Assembly (NCBI GenBank): GCA_051294375.1
Contig: CM119268.1
Location: 17,486,502-17,550,501, forward strand
Origin: Paraspadella gotoi
Lineage: Eukaryota; Animalia; Chaetognatha
Direction of reading: 5' to 3'
DNA length: 64,000 nt
Shown here: positions 37,801 through 50,343 of the stretch, piece by piece
Position numbering within the stretch: the stretch's first letter is position 1
How the letters are laid out: each line of letters opens with the position of its first letter
Notes under the pieces: generated by a model
Told to the model about the DNA's origin: nothing
The model's input: only the letters and a program-made list of their open reading frames with translations
Database searches by the model: none
Translations under genes and position numbers: made by a program

Positions 37801-40451
37801 ATGTCTCGCTTCTTATCATGTTTTCCAGTATTAAACGTAAATAAAATATATATGGAAGAAATACATCTTATGCCTACGACAAAAAAAAAATGTATATAAA
37901 AAGAGTTCTTGGTGTAGATTTCACGTTATTTCAAAAAGAATGGGCGAAAGAAAAAAAAAACGAAAAATAACAAAGTAAGTAATATTATATGATCAGTACA
38001 CTAACAAGAAGCAATTCTTATACAAACAAAATTAACCAATAAAGAAAAAACACTCGACACGCAAATAACAACAGACTCAAAATAAAAAAGAATGAATAAA
38101 AAAGGAAGAAAAAAAAACCAAGAAATACAAATTCTTTTTATTATTTTTTTTTCAAAAAAAGGAAATTACGAGAAAAAGAAAAAATAGAAATAGAGAAGAA
38201 AAAAAAAAAAAGTCGGTCCCGAATTACCTGATGGAAATATTTCGACAAAAACATCTATACGAAAAAGAATATATAGGGAACCTTTTCCGAAACACAAGGA
38301 CGGCGGAAAAAAAAAAGGGAGGGGAGAGCATGGGATCGAAGGAGGGACAGGGAGAGATGGGTTGGAAGAGAAGGAGGAAGTAGGCGAGAGGGGCAGAAGA
38401 AGAGGAGGAAAAGTAGAGAAGAAGAAATCAGGGTAATGGGGAGCAAAAATATAAAAACGTTGAATAGGTCATGAGTGGAAGTATAAAGATGGAAGAAGGA
38501 AATAGTTAGAAAGAATGGTAAAAAAAGAAAAAAAAAGATTGTTCAAAAAAAATGGACGTGTAGTTGAAGGGTTAAGGGGAGGGAGGAGAAAGGCCCTCCG
38601 TAGGGGGGAGCATTAGGGCGATTTCTTTGAAAACAACGAGAGATTTTGGAAAAGGGGGATAAGGGGTCTTAATTGAAGGAGCGAAGGAAGCGGAAAGAAG
38701 TACCTTTCTGGTAGGAAAAGGGAGCAAGGACGGGAGTTTAGGGACCACATTGCACCAATAGAGTTGATAAACACAATAAACAATCAAAGGATGAGCTAGA
38801 ACTAGAAAGGACGAGAGGGGGTATAGAGTGAGTGCGGGGAAAACAGAGAGACGACTTGCACGTTAAATTGAGAATTTTTGGGGTGTGATACGAACTGTAG
38901 CAAAAGATTGGGGAAAAGAAGAAGAAGATTAAGGAAGTATTGGGCGCCGCGGTGGGGGGATCATAGTCGGATTGGTCGTTTAACGCAGTACATGCTGCAC
39001 ATACTGTCCCCATATTTTTTAGCAGGATTCAGAGCTTGTTTTTACAGTAAACTTTAGAGTGATCTTGTAAGGGATCTAAAAGTAGAAAAGATTCAATTCT
39101 ATTGAAGATTTTCTTAAGAAAGAACAGCAGAAAATAAGATGGATGCGGTAAAAGTTAACTTCTCGCTCCGGCGCAGAGGAGCGAACGCAAGACTGATGAG
39201 GTATTAAGCGCACAAAGTCGGGGCGTATTGAATGGCGCCATCGTCCGAGGGTCGACCAGGTTTGATTTTGTGCGCCAGGGAAGACAGTTGACCCATAACA
39301 GAAATAGGAATGCTGGAAACTTCCGGGCAATTTCGCCCTTGGGAACAATATTTCAAAATGAAAAAAAAAAAAGGTGCGCTGAGTGTTTAGTAAACAGCCG
39401 ACGAAACGGCCCGCCCCCAAAACTAGTGATCCCATTGAAATTCGATCGAAAGAATAGGAATGAGAGAAGAGAAGAGAGAGAAGAGGAGGGAGAAGATGGA
39501 GAGCAAGAGGGTGATGAAAATGTTAGACTTTGAGAGAGTGATGACGTTAAAGTGAGTCAAGAGTATGAGATAAAGTAAGAAAGAAAAAGTGGATGAGAGA
39601 GAGGTGTGTGAGATTATTTGTTGAGATATTATAAAAATAGTTTGTAGACTGACTCGAGATTAGAGAAGAGAAAGAGAGAGAATGGAAACAATAGTAGTGT
39701 GTAGATGAGAAGAGAAGTAAACGTGTTTCGACCCTCTTATTTGCTTGTCGCCGATGTGCCCCGACCCTAAGTCGAGGAGGTCGCACTTCCGGTTCATGAA
39801 TGCTCGATTGAGTATCCCTACACGTCACACGACGAGAGCGACCAAATTGAGATTTGACGATTCGTATTTTTTCGGTGACGTATGAGAGATGATATATTAT
39901 TGGTATTTAGAGAGATTGAGTTTTGGAGATTCGAGGATCGATGAGGATCTCGTGTACTTCTTTCGATTGTTTGTCTCATGATATGAGATACTCTCTTCGT
40001 AATGACTAAGACTGTTGTATGTGTAGGCGAATGATATTCTGATGATGCATGATACTGAGAATAATTACTTTTGACGTACTTTGTTGAGATACAAAACTAC
40101 GTACACGAGTCCAACTTTTTCTCCACATTGAGATGATATTTAAAAATAACCGGAAACTAGAGAGAGAGAGAGAGAAAGAGAGATTTGTTCAAAATAACGT
40201 AACGAGCAACTTTTCACTGAGGGGAACTATTGGGGCAAAAGGCATAAGTATAATGGCTAAACCCTTGGAGAATAAATACCAATATGATAGTATAAATATT
40301 TAATTGATTTCTGCATTTTGGGTATTGAAATGTTAAAAATTAATATTTCAAATGAATTAGAGTTGAGAAGAGAAAATTTATTGGAGCCAAAAGAAAAAGA
40401 GAAGTCTCGGATATTTTTTTTCGAAATTGGTTATCAGATTAATCGAGATCG

Positions 40452-40536
<85 letters not shown>

Positions 40537-40855
40537 ATTTCGAAATCCATTGTATGCAAATGTGGTTTTAACGTCGTGAGGCTTCACGCAGAAGCTTCTT
40601 CGGCATCGAAGTGAAGCCTGAGAGTGAGAGGGATGAGAAACTAGAGGCAAGGAATAAGGGTTGGGAGAGAAAGGGGGTGAATGAAAAAGTGAGGAGGTGA
40701 GTATCAAAAAGGGGGACAGGGGGGAGAGAAAGAAAATCCTTCAGGGTGAGGAAAAACGAGAAGCGACGATCCGACGATTTCAGCGTCACCATCTCCTCGC
40801 CTCATTTGCATATTTGGGGTCGCCAAGATCTTTTTCTCTTTCTCCAGAGAGTGAA

Positions 40856-40910
<55 letters not shown>

Positions 40911-41558
40911 AGATTCTATTCTCTATCTCCTCCCACGATTTGCATGTGAGTCAGAAGAGGATTCGAAGCAGCTTCTTTCTCTTAAAAATCTTCATCTTGA
41001 GGATTTTCACAGAGAACGAGTGAGAGACCGAGAGAAAGAAAGAAAGACAAAAAAATCGTCCCAGGATTTTTTAGTGGAGGAAAATTTTTTTTTTTTCGGT
41101 TTATTTTTTTCATTTAACTTTCTAATCTTTTTTCGTCTTTCTTTCTTTCTTTTTTTCTTTCTTTTCTTTCTTTCTTTCTTTCTTTCTTTCTCTTTCTTTC
41201 TTTCTTTTCTCTTCTTTCTTTCTTTCTTTCTTTCTTCCATAGTTTTTTTTATATTTTAGCCTTTCCTTTCTTTTCTCCCTTTTTTTCCCTCGTCTTTCCT
41301 GAAGTCTTCTTTCGAAAACCCTTTGGGAATTTGAGAGGTCCCGCTTCTCAAACTATTTTTTTTTCTCCCCCATATTTTTTTTTTTGTCTGAGACTTTTTT
41401 TGTCTTTGGGAAATTCCATCGCAAGAGTCGTTCCGTTGTTCTCGTTGTTGCTGCACTTGCTGCACTTGCTGCACTTGCCCTCGCCTCGACTTGTCCGGCC
41501 TGGTCGTTATCCTCCTTTAATCTTTCTATAAATAAAAGAGGCCTGTGAGAATAAGAAT

Positions 41559-41873
41559 AAAAATTAAATAATTACCTTCTAAATTATTTACTTATCCTAT
41601 AAACTCTATTACACTTTTTTCTTTTATTTTTTCATTTTATTTTATTTTTCATTTGGCGAGGGTACAATTAACTGGAAAGCAGAATGAAACTTACTCAACC
41701 ACAGAATAAAGACAATACTAGAAAATTCTGTGGTTGAGTAAGTTTCATTCTGCTTTCCAGTTAATTGTACCCTCGCCAAATGAAAAATAAAATAAAATGA
41801 AAAAATAAAAGAAAAAAGTGTAATGGAGTTTATAGGAAAAGTAAATAATTTAGAAGGTAATTATTTAATTTTT
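41559..41873. mobile_element. Second copy of the fold-back hairpin
   Basis: Same arms and loop as 27626-27936. Confidence 0.8.
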
Positions 41874-42010
41874 TTAAATACCTAGATGCTTTTGCTTTTG
41901 TTCTTCATGTACTTTAAACAAGAGAGCTTAATCTATATTTTCTTTTTATGCTTATGTTTTCAAAATTACCACTAAAATGATTTTTTCTTTGTCTCTTTCT
42001 ATCTTTCTTT

Positions 42011-42072
<62 letters not shown>

Positions 42073-42797
42073 AACGTAACCTTTTTTTACTATTATTCGG
42101 CCACTATCTGTTGTCCAAGTTAACTTAATTATTTCGGTTTATCTTTTTCACTCGCAAATGCTCTCAGACTGACGGGTGCTTAAACTAATAATTTAGCTTT
42201 ATGACTATTGTTAAGGTAATGAATTTAGAGAAAAAGTAAAAATAAGGTCACACATCCCGCCGAGATAGCCAGGAATTTAGCTCTTTCATCCATTATTGTC
42301 CCATTTTAGTTTCTTACTCCCGGAATTTATTTTTAAACTTATTATTTAATCTGTCAACAACTATCTATCCCTAATCTCTTACTCTAACATACTCCTTTAC
42401 CCTAACCCTACCCGCTAATCTTTTAACCTAACCCCTAATCTTAAAACTATATCCCTTACCCTAATCCCTAACCAAATCGCTAACCAAATCCCTAACCCTT
42501 ATCCTTAAACGAATCCCTAACCCTAACTTTTAACCGTATCTTTAAGAAGAAATGTGGCGCTCTGGGACAAAAAGGCCAAGAGGGCTTATATTAGAAAGTT
42601 AAAATTAACTTTACTACAGCCACGACCAATAATTCATTCGCTAATAAACGATAATTCGTCAAGAACGGTTGATTCTCCTGTCCGCGCATCAAACGAACTA
42701 CTTTCTCCCGTTTCGCTCCAATTGTTTTTTCCAAGTTTGTTTTTTTCTTTTTAACCGGCGAAACTGGAAACGAAAATCCCGGCGATTTTCCGCGAAA

Positions 42798-45700
42798 ATG
42801 TCTCCGTCGTGGGAGGCCGCTGTTCTTTTGTTGGTTCACCTCGCGTTTTACCTTCCGCTTCGTCAATTTCTGCGCTTCGTCCGATTCGTCGCGGACTTCG
42901 GGAAAAGTCATCCAAGGAACAACAACGACGACAACAACAATGCCGACCAAAGCGTCCAAGTTCGTCGCGTGGTGTGGTTGCGCACGTTGCGCGCGAAGGC
43001 TTTGCACACGATGCAGTCGAGTTGCTACGTGGGCGGTGGGCGTGCCAACATATTTATGTACGCGATGGAGGACCCGTGCGCTCATTTGCATCACGTGTCA
43101 CCGGCTGGATTGGAATTTGTGCGGACAAAAAAGGGTCAGTAGTAGTTTTCCTAATGGATGTATTTATATATATTTATGATTGTGAGTCAGATTTCCAGAA
43201 CATTATTTAATATATTTTTTTATTTTACATTCAGTTTTATAAAATGAATAAAAGTATCAACCAAACCAAACTAACTCTCGGGTCGCCGAAATTTCTAGAG
43301 CTAAAATTCCTAAGATAATCTCATCACTTTATTTTCGCCGGTTCAGCCAATTACTTTTGCTCGAACCATTTTAAAAACTGACATCAATTTTGTGACCCAC
43401 CCACTGAGCCATATCGAATGTAACGATATAAGTATATTACTCAGAAACTCCCAAACAAATCATAAAGTACGTATACGACGTATACGTTATTTGATCCCAA
43501 AATTATATGACGTATATTACATGTTTGGAGAATTGTCTTTCTTTACTTATATTACGTAAATTTTTATGTATGCTCGTTTTATTTATGTATGTATGTTATT
43601 TAATATTATATATTATGTATTATGGTGGACTAAAATCCACCAACCGTTCATCAGCGGCCATTGGTGCCGGAGGCAAGCCATTCGCCTCCCAACCCAAAGG
43701 TCCGTGGTTCTAGCCCGGTGGTCGTCTGGCAGTTAAGAGGGACGGGGCGCTTAACCCGCCTGTAACATGGTGTTACAGCCTGATCCGAAGCTCAGGGACT
43801 GCTTATATTGAACGGTTCTGTCATTAACACATATCAATAATTACTGTCTCTTCAGTATGAATGATGAATTAAAAATGTTGTGTATTATGTATGTAATATG
43901 TATTATACATATATTCTTAAAATAACCTTACCATATCAACTGATGCCCATTTTTCGCCAACCCCCACTCCATCTTCAGACGTCAACGTGTACGCTTCCTC
44001 TGTGGCGGGGTTCGCCTTTCTAGGAGTTCCCCAATTCGCTCAGGATTTCATCGTCGTCTCCTCGAAGGAATTTGAAAAAATTGTGGAGGAGAAAATGAGA
44101 AGGATGAGGGCGGAGGCGAAGCAGGCAGAAGCGAAGGAGTTGGAAGCGGAGGCGAAAGCGGAGGCGAAAGCGGAGGCAGAGGCGAAAGAGGCGATAGAGG
44201 ACAAGGAAGCGGCGTCAGCGTTCGACCTTACCCACGCCCATCGCCGCGAGAAGCGAGCCATAATCGTGGCATCCCACCCGCGATGCGGTGGATCCTTTCT
44301 TTCGCGTCTCTTTGAGGAGTTCCCCGACGCCGTCGTCATCAACGAACCGCAGCCGCTCGCCAACTGGGCGCTGATTAAGGCGAATGCCGTCGCCGACACT
44401 GCCAACGCGGCGTCGGCGGTGGAGAATGTTCCCCTGTTGCGTCACATCCTCTTCGCCGTCTGCCGGCCTCTCTACGCGACTCCGGGGATCAACGTCATTG
44501 TCGTTAAAATCCCTGCCTTCGTTCCTTGGATGCTTAAGGTGCATGTCGTTGCATAGACATTAGACAATATGATAAATTGTTTAATTTAATTTGAAATTTT
44601 ACAAATGTCCAAGCATATGTCACTAAATACTACTGATAAGGCCGATGTACAAACTGTAATCAGCAATTTATACAGCTGACACTGGACGTATGAAACAGAA
44701 TTATTGGAATTATAAACTGTCGAGACATATGTACATTATCAATTTGAAAAATCATTATAAAATGACCAATTAATTCAATAAATAAGCTACGAATCTTACT
44801 GACTTTCGAAAAGTTATGGTAGGCTAAGACTTTCGTACAAGAATAAAAAAGCCTGAAATCTTTTAATCAATAATAATCAAAGTATCTGGCTCTTTTATCT
44901 ATGAATTTGTAAAAAGTTTCGATATATTGTGTCATTTCTATAAAAAGGACGAATTTCTATGTCACCACCACCACAACCATAACCACAACTCCATCTTTCG
45001 TCCACAGGACCTCATCGACGTCGCCCCTTTAATGCCATTCGACGTTCGCTTCATCTTCATGCACCGGCGACCCTTGCCGGCGCTGAGGTCCTGGCTAAGA
45101 CTCGTCACCGGTTTCGCCGCCGACGCGGAGGGCTTGCTCGGCCGGCTGCCGGTGCTGCGTCGGCGATGGCCCGATTTCATGGTCGGCGCTAACGGAGCCA
45201 CGTGGCCGAATGTATTCCTCGAGGCTTTGAAGAAGTTCGTGGGGGAAATGGAGGAAGAAGAGAAAGGGGAGGAAGAGGAAAAAGGGAGGGAGGAAGAGGA
45301 AACAGGGAGGGAGGAAGAGGAAATAGGGAGGGAGGAAGAGGAAAATGGGAGGGAGGAAGAGGAAAAAGGGAGGGAGGAAGAGAGGGAGGAGATAGAGAAA
45401 AAAGAAATTGATTTAGAGAAAGAGGAAGGAGAAGAGGGAAGGGAGGGAGATGAGAGGAGTGAGGAACTTGAGGGCGAAGCTCAGAAAAAGGAGAAAAATA
45501 TTGAGACCGAACGAGAGAATAAGAAGGAAAGTAAAGAGATAAACTCCAATCGAGACGAGTGGACCAGTCGCTGGAGTTGGATGGAAAATTTGAATTACTC
45601 CAATGACAAGCGGCTCTTCACCCTCGACGAAAAACAGGACGACGACGACGACGACAAAGACGACGAAAAGCGGATGATCGAAGTTGGCTCTACCTCTCTC

Positions 45701-46066
45701 CTCTCTCACTTCGTCGGCTACTGGCTGACGCCCGTGTTGGTGGCGCGGAGAATCCTCGAAGATCCCGTCCGGAGAGAGAAGGTACTGCCGATTCTCTACG
45801 AGGATCTCATGCAGGATCCGAATATTTGGGATGAGACGATCCTTCCTTTTTGCGGGATCAAAAAGAGGACGACGACGAAGACGACGACGACGACATCATC
45901 GCGATATCTCGATTCTCAAAGGAAGAGCCCCTTCTCTCAGCGACGTCTGCGGCGCCACCGCGCGGAATTTTCGGCAGCTGAAGTGGAGCGACTCGACGCC
46001 GTCTTGAGGGACGCCGGTCTGGCGGCGTCGTTGGCAGAGTTCGATGGAATCGGAAAGAAAAAATAA
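42798..46066 (+). CDS. P-loop sulfotransferase-like protein (about 651 aa, 3 exons) with N-terminal hydrophobic segment and charged repeat insertions
   Basis: Exons 42798-43134, 43979-44538 and 45008-46066 join in frame through GT-AG introns (1956 nt). Motifs: IIVASHPRCGGSFLSRLF (5'-PSB-like), VVINEP, FIFMHRRPLPALRSW (3'-PB-like), ILYEDLMQDP and DSQRKS. Confidence 0.75.
43622..43870. mobile_element. Intronic insertion carrying a tRNA-like (Gly-CCC-like) SINE head, present only in copy 2
   Basis: 43654-43726: GCGGCCA/TGGTCGT acceptor-like stem, A box TGGTGCCGGAGG, loop CTCCCAA and B box GGTTCTAGCCC. Absent from the equivalent position of copy 1 (about 29760-29850). Confidence 0.6.
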
Positions 46067-46621
46067 TGAGGAAATACATATATTTGGCAATAAAGTAGAT
46101 GTATTGTTTGTGCATGGATACCTGTAAAATACTCATTAAAAAAGGCGATTCTGTGGATGAAACCTTTTTGGGGACACAACCAAAGAAATATTTGGAATAT
46201 GAATAATCTTATACTAATAATAAATTTAGAAATTAAATTTGGCGAATAAAAAAGGCGTAGCATTAAATGAATAAAATAGCTAATTGCTCTTTGCTTTGAA
46301 AATATTTTTTGTTTTACTTACTTCCAGGCCCCAATGTTGGCTAACTAACTAACTAACTAACCTGCTTTTCCTTTTTCTAAATGCTGTGACTATGAGCCCC
46401 TATGCTTTGATAAAAAAAATATAATGACGAACGTGATGACACTTTTAAATTCTTTGAATTATTATAAAATTAATTATGTCTCACATCGGAGTAATATAAT
46501 CAATTTTCTTCTTTGAAAAAAAAGAAATGAGTACGATTCATGTTTCCCAAACCTTGGTTTACCGAAAACATGAAACTTTAGAGAAAAATAATACATTTCT
46601 TTCAACCAAAGGAAAGTGTAA

Positions 46622-49574
46622 TTATTGTGCAATGCTTTGTTTCGGAGCCAAGCGAGGTAGCAATCTCATCTAAATTAAGAAAAAAATAATAAAAAAATTA
46701 ACATGAGCTGTATCTAGATCACAGAAATAAATAGTATATCTATGTGAAACCTGACGGCAGATGTCGTTGCAAGTGTGAGTCCTGAAGAAACGTTCCATCC
46801 CGACCACACCGAGGTTAGTTTTTGTGAACCGCGTGACGTCAAGACAGTGTATCACTGGATCAGTTAGACGAAAGACCTCACCGGATTTGACGCCTTGAAG
46901 ATCGACGACCTGGCGAAAAAAAGAACAAATTAATACGTCTCGCTCTCTCGATCTTTCTATCCTTCGACTCGCTTTATAAACTTTGATACTACAAAGTGAA
47001 CCTTGTGCCTAATTTTACTTTTACGGCGTGTACAAGTTACTTGCAAGAATCCGCCAGTGATATCGTAACTCCAGTGACTAAAGGTTTGTAGCAGTGAATA
47101 ATATTCCTTTTCATTCACGTAGCCCCAATTGTTGCTGAATTTTGTGTATTCTCCATCAATTTTTGGTTCTTTTGTGTAGTAAGAAGGCTTTCCGCGTTTG
47201 TGAAAGCTGACCAAGGACTCTTTCAAAAATTTTATTTCTTTAGTTCCCTTGGGTTTCGCCTGAAATGTTAATTTTTCGTATTGAAATTACTTAATTTATT
47301 TAGAAATAAGGATATGTTTAGGATCTGGTTTCATATGTTTTCCACAATAATTTTTTTCTTAATTTAAAAATATATATTTTTATTTTAAAGCTAAAAGCAT
47401 CAGAATTCCCAACCTTGTTGAACTGTAATGCCAGATGCATGCCAATCGCTTGTACTTCGATCTGTTCCACATAATTTTCTTTAGAATTGATTCCTCCACC
47501 GGCGAGAAGAAACTCTTTGAGAACGCAAACATCGCTGGAAGTCTCTGAAGGCTTCCCAGGAAATGGCGTGACGTCACGACCAAAATACGCGAGTCTCGTT
47601 CCGCCCTTGGCGAAAGGATTCCGCGTAATTTTAACCAGTCGATCCTTTTTCGTCAACTCCAACGGTTTCCTCAAAAGATCAACATCGATGCCTCCCCGCG
47701 CGAACAGTTTCGGTTCCATCCGGGGCAATTTGTGCTCAAAGATGTAAACTTCTTCGGCTTCCAAATCGTTCCAATGAGGAAGGTTCTCATCGAGCAAAAA
47801 CTGCTTCTCAGAAAGGACGGATTTGTCAGAGTTGAGTCGTAATCCAGATACCGTCTTGCGTTCGATCGAGTTGATGGTAGCCGAGATTGATTGCAACGCA
47901 TTCGGCATCAAATCCAATATAGTTTCTAGTGGCATCTGCTTCAGCCAGTCATCACCGGTAATTTCTTTGAACCTGTTGATCATACGATCTGTTAAGTCTC
48001 TCAAACGCATGAAAATGTAAAAGCTGATCAGAGTCTGATTTTGTAAAATCGGAAGGAGAGACTCTGGCTTGCGACCCTTAGGATCCCCTCGAGGAAATGG
48101 ATCTTTTAATTTCTGTCGAACGTGAAACATAGTTCCATGACCAGGCGCGTCTCCAATATGAATTAAAATCCGGCTCGCGGGAGCGGTCCACTTTAGGCGA
48201 GAGACTTGAGCCAATCCTCCCATCACATCTGCGGTGTGACTGCATCCGCCACCTGCATGTATTTTGCCAAGGAAATTCCAGAAATGCTTGACCGACTTTG
48301 TAAAGTAAAGAACCGAAAGGTTTTTGTCTCCGTCGCACAAATCGCGATAACCCACGAAAGCCAGTTTGATAGTGTGTACATCGTGTCTCTTGACAATTTC
48401 GTCGACGAGCCACTGGATCTTCGATTTGACTTCGACAATGTACGGACTCATGCTCTTGGTACAATCGAGCAAAAAGCAAATGTCAACGATAGTCGCCTTT
48501 TTCATTTCCTCCAAAACTAGAGAAATTTCCGCCTGTCGTTTTTTGAAATTTTCCGCCTTGAGTCTTTCTCGATCGAGATCGACATCAAAGACGGAAGTCA
48601 GCGATGATGATTGGAGGCTCTCTTCCTCCAGCAATCGATTCTGCTCCCTCAATCTTTCCAGTTCCACTTCTTTCTGCTTCTTCTTCATCTTTTCGAGCTT
48701 TTCTCTCGCCGCTCGTACCTTCTCCTCTTGACGATTTGCGCTGTCAGAGATGGAGTCTTCTTCCTCGGATATGTCGACCTCATTATGATTCACATTTTGA
48801 CGGGATACTTTTGCATCTTTGCTCGATATAATCGAACTTTCAGTTTCTTCTCTCTCTGTTCTGCTGTGGCGATCGGCATCGTGGATCTTATCATGATATC
48901 GCGGTAGATGCTCTAAATACGGCGGATACATTGGAAACAAAGCCGTTGGATGATAAGGCGGAAATCGAGGGGGCGGGTAGCGATTGTAATTCGGATAAGG
49001 CAAACTTTGTTGGGCGTTTCTGCTATAAGAAAAATCCGATCCACCAACTGCTCCGAGTTCACTGTAAGGAGGTGGTGGTTCGTCGTTCTTTGCTCTGAGT
49101 GAGAAAGTAATGGTTAAAAATGTCAAAATATGTACTAACAAGAGGAGGAAACGAATTTATCATTTGAGTGGAAAACAAGTTAGTTAAATTTTAAAAGTTT
49201 AACTTAAAATTTTAAAATTTTAAGTTAAAATTTTAAAATTTTAAAAAGACGATTTTGAAATGATACTAATAATGTTGATAAGGGAAAAGTCGCCTCCAAG
49301 GTTAAGCATGCGTAAATGATAATTGTTCAGGAAAACTAGCGATCAGACTTCACATTTCAAAATGTTGAGTTTTTTTAATAGTAACATTTTTCAAATTCAT
49401 AAGTGAACGTAAGAAAGGATTTTTTTACCTTTTGTCAATGTGTGTGCTTTGTTCTTCATTTAATTTCATCTTAGTTTGCAACTCCTCCACCTGTGCTTGT
49501 AGTTGCTTGATAACTTGGTCCTTATCCTCGTCGACATCACCATCTTCATTAGTGCAGCTGGACCGATGATCCAT
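46622..49574 (-). CDS. vWA-domain alpha-kinase (vwkA-like architecture), paralogue A, about 750 aa, 5 exons
   Basis: Exons 49574-49429, 49094-47414, 47259-47041, 46909-46751 and 46669-46622 join in frame. Coiled coil, then vWA (DICFLLDCTKSM, LAFVGYRD, IHIGDAPGHG), then alpha-kinase (PFAKGGTRLAY, VLKEF, YTKFSNNWG, FSHWSY, VVDLQGV, LTDPVIH, TNLG, HTCNDIC). Confidence 0.95.
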
Positions 49575-49784
49575 AAATTTTTTCCAAGTTTGCTGTTTTT
49601 AAAGTTGTTTTCAATTAAGTAATATAAAATTAATAAACTTATAGTCAGGCTCGGTAAATTTGTTTTCCCCAATTTAAAAATTCCTAAAAGACTAGATTTG
49701 ATTTAAAACGACGTAAAACAATCAGCCAGTATTATTCAACCTCGACAAATTATGCGACAAGCATTTCCACTTTTAGTTTTACTC

Positions 49785-49901
<117 letters not shown>

Positions 49902-50343
49902 TTCTTAGAATTGATCAGAGGCCAGCGGAGAACGCTCTGCTGCGTCGGGCTAACTTTCTGTAAAACTGTCAACGTAAAAAAAAGGCACGAAGTAAATGAA
50001 CTTTATGTTTTAGTTTAAGACGAGTTTCGATTCAGTTCGATTGTTGAGTCAGCGCCTTGTAAAACTAAATTTATTTTTGTATAGGATAGCCAGTTAAAAG
50101 TAAGGGGAATTTCATATTCATTAAAACTTGTTTCATGTTCTTCTTGAAAGAAATTATGACAGCAGCTTTTCAATTACATATTTGTTTCTCGTTACAATTA
50201 TACTGAAAAGAACTTTATTTTCCAACTATTATATTTCCTTGTTTAAAGGAATTTTGAGAATACGACAAAAGAGACAAGGACAAGCAAATTAAGAAAATTA
50301 AGAAAATTAAACTCAACATTCAAAGAGCAGTAAGCACGAAAAA

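Larger units (their letters stand above)
23300..45603. repeat. About 8-kb block present twice in direct orientation (about 23300-31493 and about 35750-45603), with an inverted noisy partial copy (about 31690-33870) between
   Basis: Colinear shared landmarks: GTC-rich segments, (GA)n arrays, 310-bp hairpin, CCCTAA array and sulfotransferase exons. 31690-33870 is the reverse complement of about 26140-24120 with rising error. 33870-35700 and 37600-40150 look like unpolished read sequence. Confidence 0.88.

Noticed and set aside
43654-43726. Functional tRNA-Gly gene
   Set aside because: The anticodon stem is mispaired (ttcgc vs cccaa), the T arm is imperfect, no T-run terminator follows, and it lies within a polymorphic insertion.
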